This document shows positions 8,422 to 18,812 of a DNA stretch of 64,000 bases, piece after piece. Both the position numbers and the translations under genes were made by a program. Under the pieces are notes generated by a model. That model did not search any database. It saw nothing but the letters and a program-made list of their open reading frames with translations, and was not told the origin of the DNA. Within the stretch, counting starts at the first letter, position 1. Every line of letters begins with the position of its first letter. This stretch comes from Pseudomonadota bacterium (GTDB lineage Bacteria; Pseudomonadota; Gammaproteobacteria; JAKAQQ01). The DNA lies in assembly GCA_027320085.1 (NCBI GenBank), contig DAHVLZ010000038.1:1-64000 (forward strand). The letters run 5' to 3'.

Positions 8422-11049
8422 TCAGGATTCCACGTAGTTGAGAAGATCGTCCAGCCGGACGCGGAAAACCCTTCGGCCTCTGCTTTTGAGGGCTTCATAG
8501 TCGCCATCGGCTTGTGCCTTGATCAGTTGACCAAAACCATAGGCTTGTCCCGGAATGGGCAACGATTCCTTGAAGTCATCCAAAAATTGGATAAAAACTC
8601 CATTTGCCGGTCCTCCTTTGTGAAGCTGTCCGGTCGAGTGCAGGTAGCGGGGTCCAAACTCCAACTGAGTGGCGACCTGGTAGCGGTTTCTGAGTCGAGT
8701 GCGGAGGGTCTCCAACTGCGGACGACAGGGGGATTCCAGGTCGATGTAGGCTTGGAAAGCAAGGTAGTCGCCCGGGTTAAGGCTTTCCAGAGCCTTTGCC
8801 GGCGAATCAAGGGGTGGGGGAGTGAGGCTTTTCCCTTGGAGCCGGAGTCCGGCGGCCTGCTTGGCGCTTTCAACATCCGGCTGATCAAAGGGATTGAGCC
8901 CAAGAATGTGCCCGGCGACGGCCGTTGCAAACTCCCACCGGAAAACCTCGGCACCCAAACGATCGGGCTTGAGTTCAGGCAGAACGACTTGGGCAAGATC
9001 TGCCTGATCCAGGGCCTTCCATCCTTCGGAAAGCGCGTCCAAAGTCACAAACAGGCGATCCGGACCATAGTTGCGGGCCTGGGTCAGGGATTCGCCCTGA
9101 ATAGGAATGATTCCATGGTTGTGTTTCCCGGTGGACTCTGCCAGAAGCTGCTCAAGCCAACCACCGAAACGGGAGAGCGTAGGCGGCAGAATGAGGGTGC
9201 ACTTGTCTCGTCCGGATTGGGCTTCAAGGCCGAGAATGGTTCCAAGGACAAGCCCTGGGTTTTCATGTGCCGGGACACAGGGTGCGCAGGCGGTGGCCAT
9301 GGCCTCGGCGCTATGCAGCCAGGGCTGGAGAGGAATGCCCTTGAACGCCAGGGCGACGAGACCGAAATAGGAAAGTGCCGAGTAGCGACCGCCGATTGTC
9401 GGATCGTTTCTGAATAAAGCGCGAAATCCTCGGCTTAACGCCAGTTTTTCAAGTTCAGTACCAGGGTCCGTGATGGCCAGGTAATGGGAGCCGTTGGGGT
9501 CATGGGCCCAGAACAGTTCAAGTTGGGAACGGGTTTCCAAGGTCTTGCCGGACTTGGACGCGATGACGACCAGGCTTTTGCCGGGTCGGTAACGATCCAA
9601 AGCCCTTTTCAGGGTGACGGGATGACTGGTGTCTAGCACCTCAATACGGACTCCTTGTGCGGTCGGCCAGGCCTGTTCGACCACCCGGGCGAACAGGCTG
9701 GAACCACCCATCCCACACCACAGGATCTCCCGGACGCCCGAGCGGACAAGTTCGGCAGCAAAATGTTCCAGGCGGTTCACATGGTCCTGCATGTAGCGGG
9801 GAGTATCCAACCAGCCCATCCGATTGACAATCTCGTCCGGCTGAGATTGCCAAATCCGGTAATCACGCTTCCAGAACCGCTCCGTGAGCTTTTCGTTTTG
9901 CAAAGATGCAATCTTTCCGGACAGGGTAGATTCAAGAGTGCCCTCGTAACGAGGCAGGGAGGAAGTCGCATGCGACTGGCCGAGAGTCCTCGTTTTTTGA
10001 CGCAGTCGTTCAGTCAGGCGATCAAAAGATTCAACAAATGCCCGTTGGCCCTCCAGTTGCAGGATTCGTGCCCACTGCTTGAGATCAATACCGAGATTGC
10101 GGGCTTGGGACAGTGTTTTTTCTGCCGATTCCAGGGAGAGGAAGGCTTGGGGCTGGCCCGTAGCTGCAAATGCCAGGAGGGTCGCCTCCGGAACTGTATT
10201 GATGGTGTAGGGTGCCAGCAGTCGATCAACGTAGTAGGTTGCTGACAAAGCCGGATCCTTGGCACCCGTTGAAGCCCAGAGCAGGCGTTGGGGTGCGGCG
10301 CCCTCCGCTGCTAGACGTTTCCAGCGGGTGGATCCGTAGAGTTCCTCAAAGATCGAGTAGGCCTGACGGGCAATCGCCAAGCCCAACAGGTTCCGATCCA
10401 GGCGTGGCTCATGTGAAGTGGCGTAGACATCCCACCGGGAAATGAAAAGCGAAGCCACAGAAGCAATGTTCAGAGGGAGGTGCTGTTCGAGACGGGTTTC
10501 CAGTCCGGCCCAGTAGGCTTGCGCAGCGGCGTGATACTGGCCACTCGAGAAGAGTAGGGTTACGTTGACGTTGATCCCCTTGGTGATCAGGGTTTGGAGA
10601 GCCTGGATTCCGGCCTCGGTCCCTGGAACCTTGATCAGGAGGTTCGGCCGGTCAACGGCCTTCCAGAGACGTTCCGCTTGTCCGGTTGTTCCTGCGGCAT
10701 CATTGGCCAGATGTGGCGACACCTCAAGGGAAACAAAACCGTCCGTACCATGGCTTGCTTCATAGACCGAGCGGAAGCAATCGGCAGCCTCCTGGAGGTC
10801 GGTGACCGCCAGGCTGAAGAAGAACTCCTCGATTGACTGCCCGGAAAAGGGGTCGTAGCGCGAAATTGCCTCGTCATAATCGCTGCTTTCCGCGATCGCG
10901 TGGTCGTAAATGGTTGGATTGGAAGTAAGACCCAGCAGATTAAAGTCCTTGAGGTAGCGCTGGAGCGTGCCACTGGTCAAAATTCCACGACGGATATAAT
11001 CAAGCCACAAGCTCTGTGGAACCTGTTTTAGCTGTTCGATCGGCTTCAT
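8422..11049 (-). CDS. Bifunctional transaldolase / phosphoglucose isomerase
   Basis: N-terminal GLTSNPTI, VSLEVSP, LIKVPGT, LWASTGAK; C-terminal GMGGSSL, SKSG, GGRYSALS, AESTGK, NPFDQPDVE, YLHSTGQLHKGG. Confidence 0.93.
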   Translation of the reverse strand: MKPIEQLKQVPQSLWLDYIRRGILTSGTLQRYLKDFNLLGLTSNPTIYDHAIAESSDYDEAISRYDPFSGQSIEEFFFSLAVTDLQEAADCFRSVYEASHGTDGFVSLEVSPHLANDAAGTTGQAERLWKAVDRPNLLIKVPGTEAGIQALQTLITKGINVNVTLLFSSGQYHAAAQAYWAGLETRLEQHLPLNIASVASLFISRWDVYATSHEPRLDRNLLGLAIARQAYSIFEELYGSTRWKRLAAEGAAPQRLLWASTGAKDPALSATYYVDRLLAPYTINTVPEATLLAFAATGQPQAFLSLESAEKTLSQARNLGIDLKQWARILQLEGQRAFVESFDRLTERLRQKTRTLGQSHATSSLPRYEGTLESTLSGKIASLQNEKLTERFWKRDYRIWQSQPDEIVNRMGWLDTPRYMQDHVNRLEHFAAELVRSGVREILWCGMGGSSLFARVVEQAWPTAQGVRIEVLDTSHPVTLKRALDRYRPGKSLVVIASKSGKTLETRSQLELFWAHDPNGSHYLAITDPGTELEKLALSRGFRALFRNDPTIGGRYSALSYFGLVALAFKGIPLQPWLHSAEAMATACAPCVPAHENPGLVLGTILGLEAQSGRDKCTLILPPTLSRFGGWLEQLLAESTGKHNHGIIPIQGESLTQARNYGPDRLFVTLDALSEGWKALDQADLAQVVLPELKPDRLGAEVFRWEFATAVAGHILGLNPFDQPDVESAKQAAGLRLQGKSLTPPPLDSPAKALESLNPGDYLAFQAYIDLESPCRPQLETLRTRLRNRYQVATQLEFGPRYLHSTGQLHKGGPANGVFIQFLDDFKESLPIPGQAYGFGQLIKAQADGDYEALKSRGRRVFRVRLDDLLNYVES

Positions 11050-11063
11050 GATCACCTCGTCTT

Positions 11064-13445
11064 TCAAATCACACCCATTTCACCGGGGTCCGCGACGACA
11101 AGCGAGAAATCCTGGCCCTCCCAGCGGCCATTAAGCCAGCGGAAAGTGAATTGGATCGTCTGGCCGGGTACCAGTTTCGCGATCGGGAGATCAGCATAGT
11201 AAAGCCCGAGACCGCCGTATTCGGTGCTCAAGTCCTTGGGCTCCTGCCATCCGTCACGGCCATAGTGAACCAGTCCGGGAGACGAGAGCAAGATGCGCAA
11301 CGGGAACCCGGCCGGGATCTGTTTTCTCCGGCAGTTGAATGACCATCCCACATAGGGTCGTTTGGGTTTTTTCCCCTGATAGCGTTTCCATACGGTGGCT
11401 GGAAGGTCGATAATTCGTCCGGCCGAGCGGCTGGCACAGAGCTTGATGAACTCGGCGTGGGCCCAGAGCAGCGGCATGGCCGATCGTGTGGGTTTTCCGC
11501 TACGGAGGCCGGCTTCCCGCAGATCATCCTGGTCCCAGGCCTGTTCCGGGATCAGTCCGCCGGATCCAGTCATCTTGACCATCCCACGCAGAAAGGGAAG
11601 GGGATCCTGGCCCGCAGCCAAGGCGTAGTGACCCCGTTCGCCAACCAGCAACGGCCAGCCACGACCAATTCCTGTACCGTTAAACGAATGTCCGTCGGTT
11701 TGTTCACCATAGCCGTCGCCGTTGTAGCGGTGCCAGACCGGACCGGAGGATGTTTCCACGGAAAGCAGGGCGTCGGCAACCTTCAGGGTGGAAAGGATAT
11801 GGGGATCCGTGGGTGAGCGGAGTCCATAACGAACCAGTTGAAGGAAATCCATCGCAACCTGTTCACTCGCCGGTGGCGATGCGCCATCCGAGCGGTTGTG
11901 AATTAGAAGGCTTCGGTTTAATGCCGACCGGTTCTCAAGCACTTCGCGTGGGGCGATCCGGACATAGTAACCATCCACTCCCTGCTGACGGGCCAGATTC
12001 GTATTTGTGGCATAGCACCACTCTTCGATGCTGGCATTCCACTCGTCCGCGATCGAAAGGACGAACTCGGCTTCATCGGGCTTGAGGTGAACTGAACCTT
12101 CGATCAGGGCGGAAATCAGAACAGTGAGCGTGAACGGGTTGATACCGGAATCTTCTTCCCAACGGTCCTGATCCGTGGTGGGGCCGGAATGAACAATAAA
12201 GGTCAGGGCACGCCGGATCATTTCCGTCACCTGAACCGATCCGAGTGCTCCTGCCTCACGAAGAAAGCCCGCCAGCAGGATGGGAAATGCGGCCTCGTCC
12301 AGCTGAATTCCTTCCCAGTAGGGGCGCCCGCCCAGCCACTGGTTCTGGAACCAGTGGCCGTCTGGTTGTTGTGTGGCAATCAGGTAAGACAGGACACGCA
12401 CGGCCTCAGCTGGCTGGCCCAGAATAAAAAAGCTCATGGCACTTTCAACCAGATCCCGTGGCCAGACGAGGTGGTAGCCTGCTCCGGTACTGTGGCCATC
12501 GAGCGCGGTCAGCGACTCCCCCCAAGGGACGCTCAAGCTGGCCACCATCGCACCCGGGAAAGCGCGATCCTGATGACATTTCAAAACCAGGATGGATCGA
12601 GCCATCGTGGGACGAAACTCGGGGGGGGTCGTTTCCTCAATCCGGAAGGAGGACTGCCAGTTTTTCCAGGATTTTCTGGATTCTTGCCAGGATTTCTCGA
12701 AGGGTTCTACCAAAGCGGACGCGGCCAGCGTGGCTGCGGCTGAAGCGGAGCTGGAAAAACCGATGGCCAAGGTCCCTTCGCTTTTTAGGGCCCCTGCAAG
12801 TGTCAGGACACCAGGACCCGCTTCCGGGTTTTCATGGGTTAGGGTTTTGTTCTGGTTGAGGTCCGTCCACGCATCGGATTGCCCCAGCAGGCCCACCTGA
12901 AGGCGGGAAAGCACATCTTCACCATTCAATGTTCCCATCAGGGCCAGGCCAAAGGGCCCCTGTTCGGCCGCGATGGTCCTGGAAAGTCCACGGATGAAGG
13001 TTGTTCCTTGCTGGTTGAGATTGGTGTTTCCCACCCGAGGTGTCAGGACAAAAAAGAGTTCCAGTGATGGATTTTTGGTTTCATAAAGATAATCGATCAG
13101 GATCACGTCACGGCATAAATCCGGGCAGATCCGCAAGGTCAGGTTGAACTTCGAATTCCGATGATGACAGACGACGAGTGGCAAACCGGGTTCGAGTTCC
13201 TCGAGTTCGTAGGCATTTTCCTGACGGAGGTCGGACCAGTAATTTTTCCCGTCTGCCACCACAAAATTAAGGTCGCGGATCTGCGGGATGTCAATTCGCG
13301 GATAAAAAACCTCGTTGAGCAATCCCTGGCCGATGGTAAACCAGATGCGTCCGGTCCCGAGAGTGGTTCCCACCAGATCCTTGTCGGCTCTGGACCAAAT
13401 CGATTCTGGCAGCACCAACCCGGGTTGTAACGCCGGTTTTTTCAT
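11064..13445 (-). CDS. Glycoside hydrolase family 15 glucoamylase / glucan 1,4-alpha-glucosidase
   Basis: ASLSVPWG, YHLVWPRDL, QDRWEE, RYNGDGYGE, GRGWPLL, LIPEQ, PLLWAHAEF; no obvious signal peptide. Confidence 0.9.
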   Translation of the reverse strand: MKKPALQPGLVLPESIWSRADKDLVGTTLGTGRIWFTIGQGLLNEVFYPRIDIPQIRDLNFVVADGKNYWSDLRQENAYELEELEPGLPLVVCHHRNSKFNLTLRICPDLCRDVILIDYLYETKNPSLELFFVLTPRVGNTNLNQQGTTFIRGLSRTIAAEQGPFGLALMGTLNGEDVLSRLQVGLLGQSDAWTDLNQNKTLTHENPEAGPGVLTLAGALKSEGTLAIGFSSSASAAATLAASALVEPFEKSWQESRKSWKNWQSSFRIEETTPPEFRPTMARSILVLKCHQDRAFPGAMVASLSVPWGESLTALDGHSTGAGYHLVWPRDLVESAMSFFILGQPAEAVRVLSYLIATQQPDGHWFQNQWLGGRPYWEGIQLDEAAFPILLAGFLREAGALGSVQVTEMIRRALTFIVHSGPTTDQDRWEEDSGINPFTLTVLISALIEGSVHLKPDEAEFVLSIADEWNASIEEWCYATNTNLARQQGVDGYYVRIAPREVLENRSALNRSLLIHNRSDGASPPASEQVAMDFLQLVRYGLRSPTDPHILSTLKVADALLSVETSSGPVWHRYNGDGYGEQTDGHSFNGTGIGRGWPLLVGERGHYALAAGQDPLPFLRGMVKMTGSGGLIPEQAWDQDDLREAGLRSGKPTRSAMPLLWAHAEFIKLCASRSAGRIIDLPATVWKRYQGKKPKRPYVGWSFNCRRKQIPAGFPLRILLSSPGLVHYGRDGWQEPKDLSTEYGGLGLYYADLPIAKLVPGQTIQFTFRWLNGRWEGQDFSLVVADPGEMGVI

Positions 13446-13537
13446 GGAGCCCTGCACCTGATGTATCGGACTATCGGTTGGGGCCGGTCAAAACCGGACG
13501 CAGCAACCGAAGTCAAGGCAAAGCAATCCATGCCTCC

Positions 13538-13543
13538 ATTATA
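13538..13543 (-). promoter_or_regulatory. Perfect -10 hexamer (TATAAT) upstream of the GH15/tal-pgi/gnd/zwf/pgl operon
   Basis: Minus-strand TATAAT in the intergenic gap. Confidence 0.4.
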
Positions 13544-13559
13544 ACCGCAGCAGATGGGT

Positions 13560-13931
13560 TCAGCGGGCTGAAGACAGAAAAACCAAAAGCAGAAGCCCCA
13601 TTCCCGTGAGCAGAACGGCGACCACTGCTTCCGCTATACCTCCCCGGAAAGGAATAGTGTCATCCCGTAACAGGTGCCTTCGGTTGGAGAAAAAACGGTA
13701 AGTCGCCAGTATCTGCGCAAGGACAGCCAGTGCCACGATGCCCTGACCGACCCCATGGATGTAAGGCATTCTCGGGGGGTGGGCGGGTGTATGAATGGCA
13801 TAAGCCAGATATCGCAGGAAAAGGTTGAATTTCTCGATCAAGAAGCCAAAAGCCATCAAGGCAATGACTGTCCGGACCCAGGCCAGAAAAGTCCGTTCAT
13901 TGGCTGCATGGTCACTGAAGTGTGGGATCAT
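13560..13931 (-). CDS. YidH/DUF202 family membrane protein
   Basis: [15 protein letters not shown] signature, three hydrophobic segments. Confidence 0.88.
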   Translation of the reverse strand: MIPHFSDHAANERTFLAWVRTVIALMAFGFLIEKFNLFLRYLAYAIHTPAHPPRMPYIHGVGQGIVALAVLAQILATYRFFSNRRHLLRDDTIPFRGGIAEAVVAVLLTGMGLLLLVFLSSAR

Positions 13932-13943
13932 GTTGATGCGGAA

Positions 13944-15167
13944 TTAATGAATCAGGCGATTGAGCTCGAAAATGGGAAGCAGAATAGCCAAAACTATCGT
14001 CAGGACGACTCCGCCCATGACCAGGATCATCATCGGTTCCAAGATGCTGAGCAGCGTGCCCACCATGGATTCCAGCTCCTTTTCCTGATTGATGGATGCA
14101 CGTTCAAGCATGAGTTCCAGTTTACCGCTGGATTCTCCACTGGCAATCAAGTGCACGGTAATGGCTGGGAAAAGCTGGCTTTGGGACAAGGCCCGGTGGA
14201 TAGTCGACCCCTCTCGGACCCGTTCGGTTGCCCGCTGTACTGCTTCTTGCATCGGAATGTTGGTTATCACCTGGCCAGAGATTTGCAGTGCTTCAAGAAC
14301 GGGGACGCCACTACCGGTCAGGATGCTCAACGTGCGAGTAAACTGAGCGGTATTGATTCCACGACTGATCCGGCCGAAGAGCGGCAGGCGGAGCCAGAGG
14401 TGGTGCAGCCGGGTTCGGATTGAAGGCCGTCGGATGAGCCGCGCCACCCCGATCGCAAGAACGACGAGACCGACCAGGAGAAGCATTCCATTTTCTCGAA
14501 GGAATGTACTGAGCGCTATTAGGGCTCGTGTCAAAAGAGGCAGGCGGTGGCCAATATTCTTGAATACAATCACGATTTCTGGCACGACATAGATCAAGAG
14601 GCCAACCACAATGAGAATGGCAACACCAGAAAGCAGAAGAGGATAGACAAGGGCCAAGGAGATCTTTTGCCGGACCATCTGGCGATTTTCGGCAAAATCG
14701 GCTAAACGTTCCAAGACACCGTCGAGATGACCGGACTGTTCTCCCGCAGCGACCGTCGCGCGGAAAATTTCGGGAAAGACATGAGGAAACTCGCCGAGGC
14801 CCACGGCGAGTGGATAGCCTTCCATGACCTTGGCACGAACTGCCAGGAGAATTTTTTTGAGACGGGGGTTTTCATTTTGCTGGGCTGCCGTGGAGAGGGC
14901 TTCTTCAACCGGCAAGCCCGAACGCACCAGAGTCGAAATTTGTCGGGTCATGAGAGCCAGTTCCCGTGCGGAAACCCGGGTTCGGCTCCAGAACTTTCGC
15001 CTGGTCGAGATCGAGCCCCGCTCTGACCCAGCCGCTTCAGTGACTTGAAGGGGAATCAGTCCGTTTTCCCGCAACAGCTGCCGTGCTGCCTTGGCAGTTT
15101 CCGCCTCGGTCAGGCCTTTTTGCTGGCGACCATCGGAGGTGAGGGCCACATACTCGTAAGCACCCAT
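13944..15167 (-). CDS. gspF: Type II secretion inner membrane protein F
   Basis: AGEQSGHLDGVLERLADF, GESSGKLE, LEPMMILVMG. Confidence 0.95.
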   Translation of the reverse strand: MGAYEYVALTSDGRQQKGLTEAETAKAARQLLRENGLIPLQVTEAAGSERGSISTRRKFWSRTRVSARELALMTRQISTLVRSGLPVEEALSTAAQQNENPRLKKILLAVRAKVMEGYPLAVGLGEFPHVFPEIFRATVAAGEQSGHLDGVLERLADFAENRQMVRQKISLALVYPLLLSGVAILIVVGLLIYVVPEIVIVFKNIGHRLPLLTRALIALSTFLRENGMLLLVGLVVLAIGVARLIRRPSIRTRLHHLWLRLPLFGRISRGINTAQFTRTLSILTGSGVPVLEALQISGQVITNIPMQEAVQRATERVREGSTIHRALSQSQLFPAITVHLIASGESSGKLELMLERASINQEKELESMVGTLLSILEPMMILVMGGVVLTIVLAILLPIFELNRLIH

Positions 15168-15170
15168 GAT

Positions 15171-16733
15171 TTAGTCTGTCCGTGTAACCCGCAATACTTC
15201 TTCACAAGTGGTCCACCCTTGGACGATTCGGTCCAGGCCATCATCACGAATTCCAGGGGTTAAGGTTCGGGCGTAGCGCTCGATTTCCTGTTCCGAGTTG
15301 CCGTCGTGGATCATCCGTCGCAGCGTAGAGTCGACACGGACGTATTCGTAGATACCGGTTCGGCCACGAAACCCCGTGTGATTGCACTCCGAGCATCCGG
15401 TTGCCCGATAAAGCAGAGTCGGTGTTGTACGTCCGGCCAACTGTTTTTCGAGGAGACGTCTTTCGTAATCTGTGGGTTCATCCGGCCGCTTGCAGGCTGG
15501 ACACAGAAGCCGGACCAGGCGCTGAGCCATCACGGCAATCAAGCTTGAGGAGAGTAAAAAGGGTTCTACACCCATATCCCGTAGTCGGGCAAACGCACCC
15601 ACCGCCGTATTGGTGTGAAGGGTGGACAAAACCAAATGCCCGGTAAGGCTGGCCTGGACCGCGATTTCGGCGGTCTCGAGATCACGGATCTCGCCCACCA
15701 TGACCACGTCCGGGTCTTGCCGCAAGATGGCTCGCAAGCCTCTTGCAAAGGTCATGTCTACCTTGGTATTGACCTGAGTCTGACCAATCCCGTCGATGTA
15801 GTACTCGATCGGATCTTCAACGGTCATGATATTTCGTGTTCTGTCATTCAGTCGCATCAGGGCGGCATAGAGGGTGGTTGTTTTTCCCGAACCCGTCGGG
15901 CCCGTAACGAGAATGATTCCATGCGGGCTCTGGATTGATTCGTGTATGGCTTGTTGCACCGAGCCGGGCATTCCGAGTTGTTCCAGGTCCAACCGTCCGG
16001 CCTGCTTGTCCAACAGACGGAGAACCACGCGTTCCCCATGACTTGAGGGAATAGTTGAAACCCGGACGTCGACAGCTCGCCCGGCAAGACGCAATGAAAT
16101 GCGACCATCTTGAGGGAGCCGCTTTTCCGCGATATCCAGTTTGGCCATCACCTTCACGCGCGAGACGACCAGTGGAGCGACGGCATGCCGAGATGCCAAT
16201 ACTTCACGCAAAACGCCGTCAATCCGCATCCGAACGGTCAGACGATTTTCGAATGGCTCAATATGAATGTCAGAGGCATTGCTTTTGACCGCTTCGGTGA
16301 AAAGCGCATTGATCAGCCGAATAATGGGTGCATCATCATCACTTTCCAGAAGATCTTCAGGTTCCGGAAGCTGCTCGGCTACACTTTGCAAGTCCGCGGA
16401 TCCATCAAAACTTTCCATGGAATGGATGGTCTGTCCCGAATGCTGTTCATAGCTTTGTTGCAGTAGGCGGGCAAAGCTGTCTGCGGAAACCACCTCGATG
16501 GGGTATCCATGACCGAGAAAACGGTTTGACTCGATCAGGGCGAGGGCTGGGGTGTCCTCGCGGCAGACGAGCTGGGACTCCTGCATGTCTGGATGCCGAC
16601 ACAAAAGGACCCCATACCGCTTGGCGAAAATGAAAGGCAACTGGATGGAGGCCGTGGGTTCTGGTTTTGATGCGGGGTCCAGAACACTTTGCGGCAAGGA
16701 TTCCATGCGGGTTTCGGGGCCTGGGCTAGCCAT
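15171..16733 (-). CDS. gspE: Type II secretion ATPase E
   Basis: ASDIHIEP, GPTGSGKTTTLY, EDPIEY, LRQDPD, CxxC pair. Confidence 0.96.
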   Translation of the reverse strand: MASPGPETRMESLPQSVLDPASKPEPTASIQLPFIFAKRYGVLLCRHPDMQESQLVCREDTPALALIESNRFLGHGYPIEVVSADSFARLLQQSYEQHSGQTIHSMESFDGSADLQSVAEQLPEPEDLLESDDDAPIIRLINALFTEAVKSNASDIHIEPFENRLTVRMRIDGVLREVLASRHAVAPLVVSRVKVMAKLDIAEKRLPQDGRISLRLAGRAVDVRVSTIPSSHGERVVLRLLDKQAGRLDLEQLGMPGSVQQAIHESIQSPHGIILVTGPTGSGKTTTLYAALMRLNDRTRNIMTVEDPIEYYIDGIGQTQVNTKVDMTFARGLRAILRQDPDVVMVGEIRDLETAEIAVQASLTGHLVLSTLHTNTAVGAFARLRDMGVEPFLLSSSLIAVMAQRLVRLLCPACKRPDEPTDYERRLLEKQLAGRTTPTLLYRATGCSECNHTGFRGRTGIYEYVRVDSTLRRMIHDGNSEQEIERYARTLTPGIRDDGLDRIVQGWTTCEEVLRVTRTD

Positions 16734-18777
16734 GCGTCTTTCCCGGTCCCGATGATTGGGGGGGCACGCGTGTCGAGGCATGCGGCATGGGTGGCAAAGT
16801 TGGACGTTTTGATCCGATCATCAGCGGAACCGGGCGCTGATGTGCCAGCTCGTAACTTCGGATCAGGCCATAGTCGCGCTGGGTATAAAAAGTCGCTTGT
16901 GCCTTGGTTCGGAGAATAGTAGGACGGAGAAACACCATGAGGTTTTCTTTCTGCTTGCTGGTACTGCGATAACGGAACAAGTTGCCCAATAAGGGAATAT
17001 CCCCGAGTAATGGAACCTGCTCTCGACTGGTGGAAATCTGATCGCTGATCATCCCCCCTAAGACAATGATTTGCCGGTTATTGACCAGAATGGTGGTCTC
17101 GATGTTCCGGTTATTCGTGATCAGGTCAATTGCTCCGCTGACTTGAGGCGCCAGCGTGGAGTCTTTCTGTTTGATCTTGAGAATGACCGAATTTCCGGCA
17201 CTGATCTGCGGCTGGATCTGCAGGGTGATGCCCACTTCATGCCGCTCGATGGTTTGAAAGGGGTTGACCACACTCGAAGCCGTGGAACCCGCACTGGCCA
17301 ACCCGCTGTAAGCGTATTGGCCGGTCAGGAACGGAACTTTTTGGCCGACTTCAATCTTGGCTTTGTGATTGTCTAAAGCAAGAAGGCTTGGAGTCGACAG
17401 GATATTGACCGAAGTATTTGACGAAAGAGCATTCAACAGGGCAGCGAAGCTCAGACCGTTTTGCACGATCCGGCCCACACCCAGCAACAGTCCATCCGGT
17501 ACGGCGCTCAATGCGGAGGTTGCTGTTGCCCCGGAGGGAATGCCGCCACTCGTACTGTCGAGATAGGCCTGGCCGACTTGGACGACGCCAGTGCCTGTGC
17601 CACTAAAGTTGGTCAGTGCGGCTGTCCCGGCTGTTCCGAGGGCATCCGTCACCCAGGTGATGCCGAGTTGAGCAGCCACATTCGTGGTGAGCTCGGCAAT
17701 AATGGCCTGGACCAGAACTTGGGCCTGCCGGGTGTCCAGCTTCTTGATGACTGCCCGGATCGAGCGCATCAAGCGGAGGGGGGCTGTGACAACCAGGGAA
17801 TTTGTGTTTTTGTCGGCCACCACAACGGCACGGAAACGATTGGAGCGGGCTCCCTTTTTGGCAGCTTTCTGGGCAGACTGGGCAGCCTTGATGTAACTTT
17901 CAAGAATTTTGGCCAGAGGGGTCGCACGTGCATAGCGGAGGTGGATCACTTCGGTATTGCCCGCCGCTCCATGGTGAACCGGGGTGTCCAGTTGTTCAAT
18001 GAGGGACCTCACCTCGAGTCGTTCCTCAGGTGAGCCGCGAACAAGGATACTGTTGTTTCTTTCGTCGGCAGCGATCCAGAGGGGGGCCGATCCATTGGTC
18101 TGGTTACCGACCAGCTTCGTGAGTACACGGGCGACCGTGTTGGCCGACGCATAATGCAGATGAAAAATGTTAAATCCGATGGGTTCGTCCACTTCCCTCA
18201 CGATTCTCAGCAACCGAAGCAGGTTGTTATGCCTCGTCGAAACGATCAGGCTGTTGGTGGGTGGATAGGCACTGAGTTGAGCCGAAGGACCCATCAACGA
18301 ACGCAACACAGGGACCAGGTCAGCGGCATTCACAAAATGTAGGTGAAGCACATCAGTTGTCAAACTGTCACCGGGAACTCCCGCGTGTGGACTCGAGGGG
18401 ATCCGGCCCGGCATTTCATGAGCTTCGAGTGCCGGAACGATTTTGAAAAGGTGGGGAGCGACAGGGACGGCCGCATATCCGTGCACTTGGAGAACCGCAA
18501 GAAAGGTGGCAAACACCTCGTGTGGGCTGATCGGTTGAGTTGAGATAATCGTAACGTTCCCTTGGACCTGGGGGTTCAGGATGAAATCTTCCCCCGTCAT
18601 GTGACTGATCAAGCGGGCTACCGCCCTGATTTTGGCGTGTTTGAAATTGAGAATAATCCCACCTTCTGTCGGGCTTGGGTTGGGAGGCAGTGCCAGTGCG
18701 GGGATTGATAACAACAGTGCACCGACTAGCACGAGTTGGGGCCAGGAGAGTCGAAACGGGGTTATTCTTGGTTTCAT
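16726..18777 (-). CDS. gspD: Type II secretion secretin D
   Basis: Signal peptide, repeated N-domains (LHYASA, LRYARA), QVLVQAIIAE, VPLLGDIPLLGNLF. Confidence 0.95.
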   Translation of the reverse strand: MKPRITPFRLSWPQLVLVGALLLSIPALALPPNPSPTEGGIILNFKHAKIRAVARLISHMTGEDFILNPQVQGNVTIISTQPISPHEVFATFLAVLQVHGYAAVPVAPHLFKIVPALEAHEMPGRIPSSPHAGVPGDSLTTDVLHLHFVNAADLVPVLRSLMGPSAQLSAYPPTNSLIVSTRHNNLLRLLRIVREVDEPIGFNIFHLHYASANTVARVLTKLVGNQTNGSAPLWIAADERNNSILVRGSPEERLEVRSLIEQLDTPVHHGAAGNTEVIHLRYARATPLAKILESYIKAAQSAQKAAKKGARSNRFRAVVVADKNTNSLVVTAPLRLMRSIRAVIKKLDTRQAQVLVQAIIAELTTNVAAQLGITWVTDALGTAGTAALTNFSGTGTGVVQVGQAYLDSTSGGIPSGATATSALSAVPDGLLLGVGRIVQNGLSFAALLNALSSNTSVNILSTPSLLALDNHKAKIEVGQKVPFLTGQYAYSGLASAGSTASSVVNPFQTIERHEVGITLQIQPQISAGNSVILKIKQKDSTLAPQVSGAIDLITNNRNIETTILVNNRQIIVLGGMISDQISTSREQVPLLGDIPLLGNLFRYRSTSKQKENLMVFLRPTILRTKAQATFYTQRDYGLIRSYELAHQRPVPLMIGSKRPTLPPMPHASTRVPPQSSGPGKTHG

Positions 18778-18812
18778 AGGAAATAGCACATTTGATGTTT
18801 TGTGATGCATGC

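Noticed and set aside
7561-9417. 618-aa plus-strand ORF
   Set aside because: Antisense shadow of gnd and tal-pgi with no recognisable motifs; such ORFs are expected in GC-rich coding DNA.
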